From assembly GCA_965601925.1 (NCBI GenBank), contig OZ271854.1, positions 4,463,604 through 4,527,603 on the forward strand: a stretch of 64,000 nt of DNA. The letters run 5' to 3'. Source of the stretch: Alkalispirochaeta sp. (GTDB lineage: Bacteria; Spirochaetota; Spirochaetia; DSM-27196; Alkalispirochaetaceae). This document shows, in pieces, positions 55,383 to 64,000 of this stretch. The stretch's first letter is position 1, and each line of letters starts with the position of its first letter. Both the position numbers and the translations under genes were made by a program. The notes beneath the pieces are model-generated. The model saw nothing but the letters and a program-made list of their open reading frames with translations. It was not told the DNA's origin and did not search any database.

Positions 55383-56915
55383 CTACGTCCCGTTCGAGTG
55401 CTCCGATTGGATACAACGGAGAATCTCCAACCGTTCTCTCCTCGACCACCCTTCGTCGGGCCTGTTTACGTCGAGGGCGATATGTGGGAAAGATGTCCCC
55501 AACACGATAATCCTATCGGCGACGGCGGAGACGAGGTCGATGTCGTGACTCGCCATGACGGTCGTCACCCCGGCGAGACGAATCGCCTCGACGATTACCG
55601 CCGCCAAATCGCGACGCTGCGACGGGTCGACGCCGGTGAGCGGCTCGTCGATGAGCAGAAAGTGCGGCTCACGGGCGAGGGAGCGTGCGAGGGCGAGACG
55701 CTGGCGCATTCCGCCGCTCAAGGTATCGGGTAGACGCTCGCGAACATCCCACAATCCGACCCTTTGTAACCACCGCCGTGCGACCGATCGCGACGGCGCG
55801 GTGAGCGTCGCGTTGTCTCGGACGGTACGCCACGGCAGGAGGCGCGGCTCCTGAAACACGAATCCGACTCGTCCTTCGACCGAGGGCGTGTAGCGCCCCT
55901 CATCGGGAGCGTGCAGCCCCGCCAGAAGGCGTAAGAGGGTCGTCTTTCCTGCGCCCGACGGTCCCATGATCGCGGTGATATTGCCCCGATATATCGTAAG
56001 GTCGAGCTCCTCGAACAGTGGAACGCCGGGCCAACCGGCCCGTACGCGTTCCAGCGACACGGCGTTTGGATTCGTCGCATCGCTCCTATACGTCGAGCCG
56101 GGGGACGAGCCGTACACGTCGCGCCCATCGTCCACCCGCACCGGGCGGCGTTGCATCGGGGCAACTGTTTCCAGACACCGCATGACGATGTCGGCGAGTC
56201 CGGCGGCCGCTATCAGTACAACCGTCCATGCGAGCACGAGCTCGGTCTCGAAAAAGAGCCGTGCGTCGCCCATTGCGCTGCCGATGCCGCGCTCAGGTAC
56301 GCCGATTACCTCGGCGGCAACGACCACCTTCCACGCAATCCCGCCCGCCGACCGTAATCCGCCCCATATCGACGGCGCGGCGCCGGGAACCCACAGGTGA
56401 AGGATGCGCATCACACGCGAGTAGCCGTGAACGCGACACATCTCCTCCAGGCGCGAATCCACGAGAGACGTGCCGGTGACCGCGGCCTCGTACAGCAGCG
56501 GGAACACCATCAAGACGGCGACGAACAGCGGCACGACGCCGCTTTCGAGCCAGATCACCGCCAGAAGAATGATCGAGATGAACGGAATCGACCGTACGGT
56601 TATAACCGTCGGCTGTAAGAACAAATACAGGGCGCGGTACCGTCCCGCCGCCATTCCCAACGGAACGGCGACGGAGGCGCTGGCCGCGAGAGCACCTACG
56701 GCGCGGAGCGCGGTTACTACGACGGATCGGAGAAAGTGCGGATCGCGAACGACCGTCGCCGTGGCGATAAGCACCTCCACGGGACCGGGAAGCGCGATCG
56801 ATAGATCAATGCGCCACGCGAGAAGCGCCCACGCGAGGAATAGAACGAATAAGCCCGTTATCGTAAAAAGACGTCGGCCCACTCGTCCCCACATCGCGCG
56901 GCTTCCGCGATTCAT
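55383..56915 (-). CDS. Fused ABC permease + ATPase (NitT/TauT/SsuBC-like)
   Basis: LPGPVEV, SIPFIS, W.VVVAAE permease motifs, then GPSGAGKT, FVFQEPRLLPW.TV, LSGGMRQR, IDEP, SHD, all in one frame. Confidence 0.85.
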   Translation of the reverse strand: MNRGSRAMWGRVGRRLFTITGLFVLFLAWALLAWRIDLSIALPGPVEVLIATATVVRDPHFLRSVVVTALRAVGALAASASVAVPLGMAAGRYRALYLFLQPTVITVRSIPFISIILLAVIWLESGVVPLFVAVLMVFPLLYEAAVTGTSLVDSRLEEMCRVHGYSRVMRILHLWVPGAAPSIWGGLRSAGGIAWKVVVAAEVIGVPERGIGSAMGDARLFFETELVLAWTVVLIAAAGLADIVMRCLETVAPMQRRPVRVDDGRDVYGSSPGSTYRSDATNPNAVSLERVRAGWPGVPLFEELDLTIYRGNITAIMGPSGAGKTTLLRLLAGLHAPDEGRYTPSVEGRVGFVFQEPRLLPWRTVRDNATLTAPSRSVARRWLQRVGLWDVRERLPDTLSGGMRQRLALARSLAREPHFLLIDEPLTGVDPSQRRDLAAVIVEAIRLAGVTTVMASHDIDLVSAVADRIIVLGTSFPHIALDVNRPDEGWSRRERLEILRCIQSEHSNGT

Positions 56916-58183
56916 CGAATCAGAAAGCGAAAATAGCGCTTCTTACCGGCGCGCAGGATCAACTCGCCGGTCTCGTTGTCGCTTTGACGCGCCCACCCCG
57001 CATCGATCGTCGCCTCCACGTCGGTTACCTTGCGATCGTTGACCCGAGCTCCACCCTGCTGTACGAGCCGCCGCGCCTCGCCTTTGCTGGCGCAGAGCCC
57101 GGAACGCACAAACAGATCGAGTGCGCCGATCCCCGCCTCCAACTCCACCGTCGGTAGATCCTCGCCGGGCATCACCTCGGCGGAGCCGTCGCCGGAAAAG
57201 AGGGCTCGCGCGGCCTGACGAGCTCTCTCGGCCTCGTCCGCTCCGTGCACCACCGTGGTGATCTCGGCGGCGAGGCGCTCTTTGACGTCGTTAATCGTCG
57301 CCTCGCCGTCGGAAACGGTGCGCATCAGCGCGTCGATCTCCTCACGGGGCAAAAAGGTAAATCGATAGAGAAACGGCTCCACATCGCGATCGGGGACGTT
57401 GCGCCAGTACTGGAAAAAATCGTACGGCGAGATGCGCTCGGGGTCCAAAAAGAGCGCACCGCTCTCGGTTTTGCCCATCTTTTTGCCATCGGAGCGCATC
57501 ACCAGCGGAAAGGTCAACCCGAAACACTCAGCTTCAGGTCCTTCGACGCGCCGAATGAGGTCCGCGCCGGCGACGATGTTGCCCCACTGATCGTCGCCGC
57601 CGATCTGAAGGGCACATCCACGGGTCTGGAAGAGTCTCAGAAAGTCGTAACTCTGCAGAAGCTGATAGTTGAACTCGATGAAACTCAAACCGGTCTCCAT
57701 GCGCATCTTGTACGTCTCGAAGCTGAGCATACGGTTGACGGAAAAGTGGCGTCCGATGTCGCGTAAAAACTCGATGTAGTTGAGGTCCGCAAGCCATTCG
57801 GCGTTGCGGACCATGGAAAACGTGACGCCTCGGGACGCGAGGAAGCGATCGATCTGTACGCCGATCGCCGACGCGTTGGCATCGATGGTCTCGATGGAGA
57901 GGATCTTGCGCAGCTCGGTCTTGCCCGACGGGTCGCCGATACGCGCCGTGCCGTCCCCGACCACGACGATCCCTCGGTGGCCGAACTCGGCCATGTGCGC
58001 CAGGGCGTAGATCGGTACGAGGTGGCCGATATGGATGCTGTCTCCCGTAGCGTCGATGCCGACGTAGAAGGTCACCGGACCCTCGTCGAGACATTCAGCG
58101 AGGCGTTCCTCGTCGGTGCACTGGGCGAAGAACCCGCGCTCCTTGAGGCGTGCAAGGGCGCCGGGGCGGTGGTCGAGACTCAC
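56912..58183 (-). CDS. tyrS: Tyrosine--tRNA ligase
   Basis: YVGIDAT..SIHIGH, YQLLQSYDF, QIGGDDQWGNI, KMGKT, C-terminal S4 domain. Confidence 0.97.
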   Translation of the reverse strand: MSLDHRPGALARLKERGFFAQCTDEERLAECLDEGPVTFYVGIDATGDSIHIGHLVPIYALAHMAEFGHRGIVVVGDGTARIGDPSGKTELRKILSIETIDANASAIGVQIDRFLASRGVTFSMVRNAEWLADLNYIEFLRDIGRHFSVNRMLSFETYKMRMETGLSFIEFNYQLLQSYDFLRLFQTRGCALQIGGDDQWGNIVAGADLIRRVEGPEAECFGLTFPLVMRSDGKKMGKTESGALFLDPERISPYDFFQYWRNVPDRDVEPFLYRFTFLPREEIDALMRTVSDGEATINDVKERLAAEITTVVHGADEAERARQAARALFSGDGSAEVMPGEDLPTVELEAGIGALDLFVRSGLCASKGEARRLVQQGGARVNDRKVTDVEATIDAGWARQSDNETGELILRAGKKRYFRFLIR

Positions 58184-59520
58184 GTTCCCACCCTTTTGTA
58201 GTCCGCCATGGCACGGCGGATCGTAGACACCAACTCGGCGACCGGGACGCGCACCTGTTCCATCGAGTCGCGGTGGCGCAACGTCACGGTATCGTCGGTC
58301 TTGGTATCGTAGTCGACGGTCACGCAGTACGGCGTTCCGACCTCGTCCTGGCGGCGATACCGCCGGCCGATGGCGCCGGACTGGTCGTAGAAGGTGGCAA
58401 AATCCTCTCGGAGCAGCATATCGATCTCCCGCGCTCTCTCGGCGAGGCCGTCCTTCTTTACGAGGGGGAAGACGCCGACCTGAACCGGCGCGACCTTGGG
58501 ATGCAACCGCAGGACGGTACGCACGTCGTTCTCACCGACCTCCTCCTCCTCGTAGGCGTCGCACAGAACCATCAGGAGACTCCGAGTGAGTCCCGCCGAG
58601 GTCTCGATGATATAGGGCACGAAGCGCTCCTTCGTCTCCTCGTCCAGGTAGTTGATCTCCTTGCCGGAGAACTCGCCGTGGCGCGATAGGTCGAAGTCGG
58701 TCCGGTTGTGGATGCCCTCCAGCTCCTGCCAGCCGAAAGGAAACTCGTACTGAATGTCGAAGGCCGCTTTGGCGTAATGCGCCAACTCATCCGGTCCGTG
58801 CTCCTCAAAACGCAGGCGGTCCATCCGGATACCGAGCTTGTCGTAGTAGGCCATGCGGGCCGCCTTCCACGTCTCGAACCACGTCTCGTCGTCGCCCGGC
58901 TTTACGAAGTACTGCATCTCCATCTGCTCAAACTCGACGGTACGAAAGATGAAGTTTTTGGTTACGATCTCGTTTCGAAATGCTTTGCCGACCTGGGCGA
59001 TTCCGAAGGGGATCTTCACCCGGGAGGTCTGCACTACATTCTTGAAGTTGACGTAAATCCCCTGGGCGGTCTCGGGGCGTAGGTAGACGCGGCTGGCGGA
59101 ATCGCGAGCCGGACCGAGGTGCGTCTCGAACATGAGGTTGAACTCGCGCGGCTCCGAAAGCGGATTCCCCTTGGGGCTCGTTTTGGTCTCGCGTTGCTCC
59201 TCCGTGAGGTGGTCCCATCGAAAGCGCTCGTTGGTAACCGTATCCTCAACCATAACATCGGAGAAGCTGTCGACGTGCCCCGACGCCTTCCAGACGGTGG
59301 GATGCATGAGGATCGCCGCATCGAGTCCCACAATGTTGTCGTGGAGCTGCGTCATCTCCTTCCACCAAAAGCGTTGGATATTGTGCTTGAGCTCGACTCC
59401 CAAGGGACCGTAATCCCACGCCGAGGCGAGGCCGCCGTAGATCTCCGACGACGGGAAAATAAAGCCCCTGCGCTTCGAGAGACTGACGATCTTGTCCATT
59501 ACCTTGGGATCAACGCTCAT
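58180..59520 (-). CDS. glyQS: Glycine--tRNA ligase, alpha2 (eukaryote-like) type
   Basis: KRRGF, DYGPLG, LRPETAQG, FRNE, EFEQME, ELEGI, IETSAG, GRRYRRQDEVGTP. Confidence 0.96.
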   Translation of the reverse strand: MSVDPKVMDKIVSLSKRRGFIFPSSEIYGGLASAWDYGPLGVELKHNIQRFWWKEMTQLHDNIVGLDAAILMHPTVWKASGHVDSFSDVMVEDTVTNERFRWDHLTEEQRETKTSPKGNPLSEPREFNLMFETHLGPARDSASRVYLRPETAQGIYVNFKNVVQTSRVKIPFGIAQVGKAFRNEIVTKNFIFRTVEFEQMEMQYFVKPGDDETWFETWKAARMAYYDKLGIRMDRLRFEEHGPDELAHYAKAAFDIQYEFPFGWQELEGIHNRTDFDLSRHGEFSGKEINYLDEETKERFVPYIIETSAGLTRSLLMVLCDAYEEEEVGENDVRTVLRLHPKVAPVQVGVFPLVKKDGLAERAREIDMLLREDFATFYDQSGAIGRRYRRQDEVGTPYCVTVDYDTKTDDTVTLRHRDSMEQVRVPVAELVSTIRRAMADYKRVGT

Positions 59521-59616
59521 TGTTCTGTTCTCCTTGTATCCTTCTCTCGTCGGTCGGTACCGACGATGTTCGTTTCCTACGGTGCGACACGCGGCGGTAT
59601 ATCGGCCCCGGACGCC

Positions 59617-61122
59617 TTATACGCCCTTCGCGGCGGCTTTGAGGACCGCTCGGGCACCCTCGATCCGCCGCATAGCCGCGTCCTTGCCGAGCTCCCGGAT
59701 GCTTCCGATGAGGGGCGGCGACACCTTGCTGCCGGTAACGGCGACCCTGAGCGTCATCATGAGATTGCCCAACTTCGTCCCTTCGCGTTCGGCGGCGGCG
59801 CGAAACGCCTCGTTGAGCGTCTCTTCTCCCCCTTCGTCGCCCGAGTCCGGGAGGTCGCGTTCGTCGAGTACGGCCCGCGCGGCGTCCAACCACCGCAACG
59901 CCTCCGATGCCGCCGCCTTCTTCGGTATAAGCTCCTCGAGCGGCCATTCGCGCACATCTTCGTACACGAAGCGCAACAGCGGCACCACGTCGGAGAGCAC
60001 CTTCAACCGCTCTCGGACGAGGGGCAGAAGCGCCGCGAGCCGCACTCTGCCGGCGGACTCGTCCGTCGCCTCGATCCACCCCGCATCTCGCACGTAGGGT
60101 AGCAGTGCATCGACGAGCCGCTCATCGTCATAGCGCCGGATGTATTGACCGTTGTACCAATCCAGCTTCTTGTAGTCGAAGATCGCCGGCGCTTTATTGA
60201 TCTTCTCGATCGAGAAGAGCTCTTCCAGCTCCTCACGCGAAAAAAACTCTCGCGAGTCGTCGTAGGACCAGCCGAGCATACTGACGTAGTTGGTCGTCGC
60301 CTCCGGAAGATATCCCTGAGCGCGAAAGTCGATGAGGCTCGTGGAACCGTGTCGCTTCGAGAGCTTGCTACCGTCTTTCCCCATGACCATCGGCAGGTGG
60401 GCGAAACGCGGCGGCTCCCATCCGAACGCCTCGTAGATCAACAGATGCAGTGGTGTCGAAGGTACCCACTCCTGGGCGCGCAGCACGTGCGTAATCGCCA
60501 TGGCGTGATCGTCGACGACGTTTGCCAGGTGATAGGTGGGAAAGCCGTCGGATTTAAGGAGGATCGGGTCCGGCGGTAGATCCTTATGCTTGCGCTTTAC
60601 TCGACCCAACACCGCGTCTTCGAACTCCGTCTGCCCCTCCGACGGCACCAAAAGTCGCAGCACGGGCTTTACCCCCGCGGCGACGTACTCCGCTATGCGT
60701 TCGGGCGAGAGAGACCGCCCCTCGTGACGGTACGTCCCGCCGTGCGTGTCCTTCTCGACCTCGCCCTCCGCCTCGTCGGCAGCTCGATCACTCGTATAAT
60801 CCCAGTACGCACGCCCGGCATTCACGAGCTCATCCGCGCGGTCGCGATAGAGGTCCAGGCGCTCCGACTGCACGTAGGGACCGAAATCGCCGCCTACGGC
60901 CGGGCTCTCGTCGGCGCGGATACCCAGCCAATCGAAGGTGTCGTATATGTCCTGGAGCGATCGCGGATCGAAGCGCGTTCGGTCGGTATCCTCGACGCGG
61001 AGGACGAAGGCGCCACCGTGGGATCTGGCGAAAAAATAGTTAAACAGCGCCGTTCGGACGCCCCCGATATGCTGCATGCCCGTCGGGGACGGGGCGTATC
61101 GTACTCGTACGTTCGTCTTCAT
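59617..61122 (-). CDS. gltX: Glutamate--tRNA ligase
   Basis: RYAPSPTG.QHIGG, LRVEDTD, YVQSER, PTYHLANVVDD, KLSKRHG. Confidence 0.96.
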   Translation of the reverse strand: MKTNVRVRYAPSPTGMQHIGGVRTALFNYFFARSHGGAFVLRVEDTDRTRFDPRSLQDIYDTFDWLGIRADESPAVGGDFGPYVQSERLDLYRDRADELVNAGRAYWDYTSDRAADEAEGEVEKDTHGGTYRHEGRSLSPERIAEYVAAGVKPVLRLLVPSEGQTEFEDAVLGRVKRKHKDLPPDPILLKSDGFPTYHLANVVDDHAMAITHVLRAQEWVPSTPLHLLIYEAFGWEPPRFAHLPMVMGKDGSKLSKRHGSTSLIDFRAQGYLPEATTNYVSMLGWSYDDSREFFSREELEELFSIEKINKAPAIFDYKKLDWYNGQYIRRYDDERLVDALLPYVRDAGWIEATDESAGRVRLAALLPLVRERLKVLSDVVPLLRFVYEDVREWPLEELIPKKAAASEALRWLDAARAVLDERDLPDSGDEGGEETLNEAFRAAAEREGTKLGNLMMTLRVAVTGSKVSPPLIGSIRELGKDAAMRRIEGARAVLKAAAKGV

Positions 61123-61197
61123 CGATGTCAGGCGATTATATAGAGGCGCACGCGACGACTCAAGTTGGCCGGTCGCACGTACACATGCACAAGCCGA

Positions 61198-62424
61198 TCA
61201 ATCCTGTCGATAGTAACTCAGGAAATCCCCGATCTCGTGGACAGCACGGCGTAGCTGCTCGCGATCGGGCAAAAAGACGATACGAAAGTGGTCCGGCGTA
61301 GGCCAGTTGAATCCCCGTCCCTGTACTACGAGGATTTTCTTCTCTACCAAGAGGTCGTAGACGAAGCGTTCATCGTCGGTGATATTGAACCGTTTTGTAT
61401 CGATTTTGGGGAACAGATACAGCGCGCCTCTCGGCTTCACCGCACTGAGCCCCGGCACGTCGTTAATCAGCTCCCACGCCGCATCGCGCTGCTCCCTGAG
61501 CCGCCCTCCCGGCAGGACCAGATCCTGAATGCTCTGATATCCGCCCAAGGCGGCCTGAATCGCAAACTGCGCCGGCGCATTGGAGCACAATCGCATGTTG
61601 GACAGGATATCCAACCCCTCACGATAGTCCTTGATCATCGACAGACGCCCGCCCAGCACCATCCACCCCGCGCGAAATCCCGCGGCACGATACGCCTTGG
61701 ACAACCCGTTGAGAACGATGCACGGTACTTCCTTGCAGTACGTCGAAATCGAGACGTGCTCATACCCGTCGTAGGTGATTTTGTCATAGATCTCGTCGGC
61801 AAAGACGAACAGTTGATGTTCCACCGCGACGCTATGGAGGCGTTCGATAATCTCCCGCGGATAAACGGCACCGGTCGGGTTATTGGGCGTAATGACGACG
61901 ATCGCCCGGGTGCGCTCGGTAATCTTGGAGCGGATATCGTCGATATCGGGGTTCCAATCCGACGCTTCGTCGCAGACATAGTGTACGGGCTTTCCACCGG
62001 CGAGATGCACTGCGGCGGTCCACAACGGATAATCGGGGCTCGGAATCAACACTTCGTCGCCGTTATTCAAAAGCGCCTGCATGCTCATGACGATGAGCTC
62101 GCTTACCCCGTTGCCGATGTAGATGTCCTCGGTCTGAACGTCCAAGAGTCCTTTCGCTTGGTAGTGCTGCATGACCGCCTTACGGGCGGCAAAGATACCC
62201 TTGCTGTCGACGTAACCCTGCGCTTCCCGCAGGTTTACGATTACGTCGTGAAGCAACTCGTCGGGTGCGTCGAATCCGAACGGAGCGGGATTTCCAATGT
62301 TGAGTTTAGCGACTTTGAATCCTTCTTCCTCCAGACGCTGGGCCTCCTGGAGGACGGGACCGCGGATGTCGTAGCATACGTCGGCAAGCTTGTCCGACTT
62401 TGCGAAATCTCTACCGGGATTCAA
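61198..62424 (-). CDS. alaA: PLP-dependent aminotransferase class I (AlaA/AlaT)
   Basis: VCYDIRGP, LNIGNPAPFGF, GNGVSELI, PDYPLWTAAV, NPTGAVY, DEIYDK, NGLSKAYR. Confidence 0.92.
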   Translation of the reverse strand: MNPGRDFAKSDKLADVCYDIRGPVLQEAQRLEEEGFKVAKLNIGNPAPFGFDAPDELLHDVIVNLREAQGYVDSKGIFAARKAVMQHYQAKGLLDVQTEDIYIGNGVSELIVMSMQALLNNGDEVLIPSPDYPLWTAAVHLAGGKPVHYVCDEASDWNPDIDDIRSKITERTRAIVVITPNNPTGAVYPREIIERLHSVAVEHQLFVFADEIYDKITYDGYEHVSISTYCKEVPCIVLNGLSKAYRAAGFRAGWMVLGGRLSMIKDYREGLDILSNMRLCSNAPAQFAIQAALGGYQSIQDLVLPGGRLREQRDAAWELINDVPGLSAVKPRGALYLFPKIDTKRFNITDDERFVYDLLVEKKILVVQGRGFNWPTPDHFRIVFLPDREQLRRAVHEIGDFLSYYRQD

Positions 62425-63248
62425 TCGGTCCTCCCATTCGTCTCGTCGACCGGATAAAGCCAGTCCTCAACGTGGCGCAGGAACTTGCTCAGTACCAACA
62501 CGTGCAATTCATTCCGTTCGCCGTCGACGCGTTTTCGCCACTCTTTGCGCGTCATATCCGCGACGATACGCTTCCGTGCCGTCTCGACGACATCCGCCGC
62601 CGACGCTTCGCTGCGGCCGTAGCTGTCGAGAAGGTACGCGCTTACGGCGAGAAGTACCCCGGGTTTGAGTCTGGAACACAGATCTTCCAGGATCTGTCGC
62701 GCCGTGGGCAGTTTCTGTTGCAACATGAGCGCGAAGGCGTAGTGCCACTTCAGCCAATCCGCATCTCGCGCCGATGCCGAGTCGACGAACTCGGCGTAAT
62801 AGCGCTCCATCTCTTCTCCGTTGTTGGATAACAGGTGCGGTATCCCAAGCATGAGTGCGCTGCGACGTAGCGCTTGCGGTCGGTTTCGCCGTAGCTCTTC
62901 CTCGATTCTGGATATCGATTCGCCGCGAGAGTTGACGACGTAGGCATTCACCAGCAGTCGCAGGTTGCTCTGCGAATAGCGGCGACGGCGAAACACACGA
63001 TCTTCCAGGATGGTGATGACCCGATCCCAGTCCTCCTCTTCCAGAGAGGCGAACAGGCGCCAGTTCCGCGCAAAGTAGATATTCAGAACCGCCAACACGA
63101 ATGCGAACAGCAACGTAAGATACCAGTTGTTGCTCCAGAAGACTTGTGTGTAATCCCATCCGAGAAAAAACGCGGGCATCAAAAAAACGAAAAGAAATGA
63201 CACACAAATGAGAATATTGAAGACGATGAAGATAGCCTTAAGTTTCAC
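62421..63248 (-). CDS. Conserved hypothetical membrane protein with helical periplasmic/cytoplasmic domain
   Basis: Two N-terminal TMs followed by TPR-like helices. GTG start; stop overlaps the alaA start. Confidence 0.72.
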   Translation of the reverse strand: MKLKAIFIVFNILICVSFLFVFLMPAFFLGWDYTQVFWSNNWYLTLLFAFVLAVLNIYFARNWRLFASLEEEDWDRVITILEDRVFRRRRYSQSNLRLLVNAYVVNSRGESISRIEEELRRNRPQALRRSALMLGIPHLLSNNGEEMERYYAEFVDSASARDADWLKWHYAFALMLQQKLPTARQILEDLCSRLKPGVLLAVSAYLLDSYGRSEASAADVVETARKRIVADMTRKEWRKRVDGERNELHVLVLSKFLRHVEDWLYPVDETNGRTD

Positions 63249-63318
63249 GCCGTTTTTCCGTTATACTGAACAGCGGCAGTCTAATATGAGGCCATATGAG
63301 GGTCAATGGTGAGGCAAA

Positions 63319-64000
63319 ATGAATAAGATATTGACTTCCCAAATCACCGACGGCATGTTCTTAACCCAAGAGACGTTTTTGGACGAGAAGTTCATCCTCC
63401 TCTCTCCGGAAATACCGGTCGATCAGACGCTCATAGATCGCCTTAACCGTTGGGGATTCGAATATCTGATGACCGGTGGAGAGATATCGACCGAACCTCC
63501 CGTCTCCACGGCTCCCGCGGTAGCAAGCGAGGAGGCGCCGCTGGCGGCGATCGATCAAGGTCGTCGCGACGGGCGCGAGATGGCCGAGACGCAGAAGCAC
63601 TACGAAGAGTATCTGCATTTCACCGAGCAACTGTTCAGCAACTATCTTCAGAACAATCTCCTACCCATTGCGCCGATTCAGGGGAAGGTCAAGAACCTCA
63701 TGGAGTTGATGCGCGAGCGCAAGCAGTATCTGCTGCGTATTCCCGCGCTCGATCCGGGAAGTACGAACTACATCGTCGACCACGCCGTGAAAACGGCGGT
63801 CATCGCCCTCGCAACGGCAACGGCGATGAAGATGCCGCCCCACCGGTTGATCGATATCGCGACGATCGCACTCGTTCACGAGATCGGAATGCTGCGTCTG
63901 CCGAACCAACTCTACATGAGCAACCGTGATCTCAATGACAAGGAGAAAAAGGCGGTATCGACTCACCCCGTTTTGGGTTTCAAAATTCTGCGACAGTTCA
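63319..64000 (+). CDS. HD-GYP-type domain protein, partial (runs off the window end)
   Basis: Translated by hand: MNKILTSQITDGMFL...NYIVDHAVKTA...ALVHEIGMLRLP...KKAVSTHPVLGFKILRQF. GAGG RBS. Confidence 0.82.
   Translation, partial: MNKILTSQITDGMFLTQETFLDEKFILLSPEIPVDQTLIDRLNRWGFEYLMTGGEISTEPPVSTAPAVASEEAPLAAIDQGRRDGREMAETQKHYEEYLHFTEQLFSNYLQNNLLPIAPIQGKVKNLMELMRERKQYLLRIPALDPGSTNYIVDHAVKTAVIALATATAMKMPPHRLIDIATIALVHEIGMLRLPNQLYMSNRDLNDKEKKAVSTHPVLGFKILRQF

Noticed and set aside
59521-59616. T-box leader before glyQS
   Set aside because: The gap is only 96 nt, with no T-box bulge sequence or terminator.
1-64000. Numerous long antisense or alternate-frame ORFs (for example 43248-44234, 59119-60102, 61288-62457, 39050-39952)
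   Set aside because: Arg/Ala/Pro-rich shadow ORFs opposite confidently identified genes, as expected at high GC. No motifs.
1-64000. Mobile elements, prophage or defence systems
   Set aside because: No transposase, integrase, phage structural, restriction-modification or toxin-antitoxin gene recognised, and no obvious compositional island.

Overview
GC-rich chromosomal window from a bacterium, densely coding, with about 65 CDS. It is most likely a free-living spirochaete (Spirochaetaceae-like). This is inferred from a P83/100-family gene, an alpha2-type GlyRS, and HEAT, OmpA and HD-GYP proteins of spirochaete style. Content is mainly housekeeping and envelope genes: hisC, fabH, mlaEFD plus TPR/M23/PEGA-like genes, PBP1A, mutM, hslO, rex, two RNA methyltransferases, and alaA-gltX-glyQS-tyrS. 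There is one initiator tRNA-Met. I found no transposase, integrase, phage gene or CRISPR array. Leads worth following: (1) a DNA-binding-less ParB/Srx (CTPase-fold) protein with a C-terminal amphipathic helix, directly behind PBP1A; (2) a DtxR/MntR-fold regulator whose canonical metal ligands are largely replaced, with a new Cys/His tail and a palindrome over its own promoter; (3) a 180-bp tRNA-tail-plus-terminator tandem duplication enclosing twin hairpins; (4) a candidate sRNA with a C-rich anti-SD-like loop; (5) a translationally coupled FAH / divergent thymidine-kinase / queuosine-precursor-transporter operon; (6) about 14 genes with a -10-like hexamer 6-7 nt before the start codon, suggesting pervasive leaderless mRNAs. 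All family calls come from motif recognition by eye; no database search was run.
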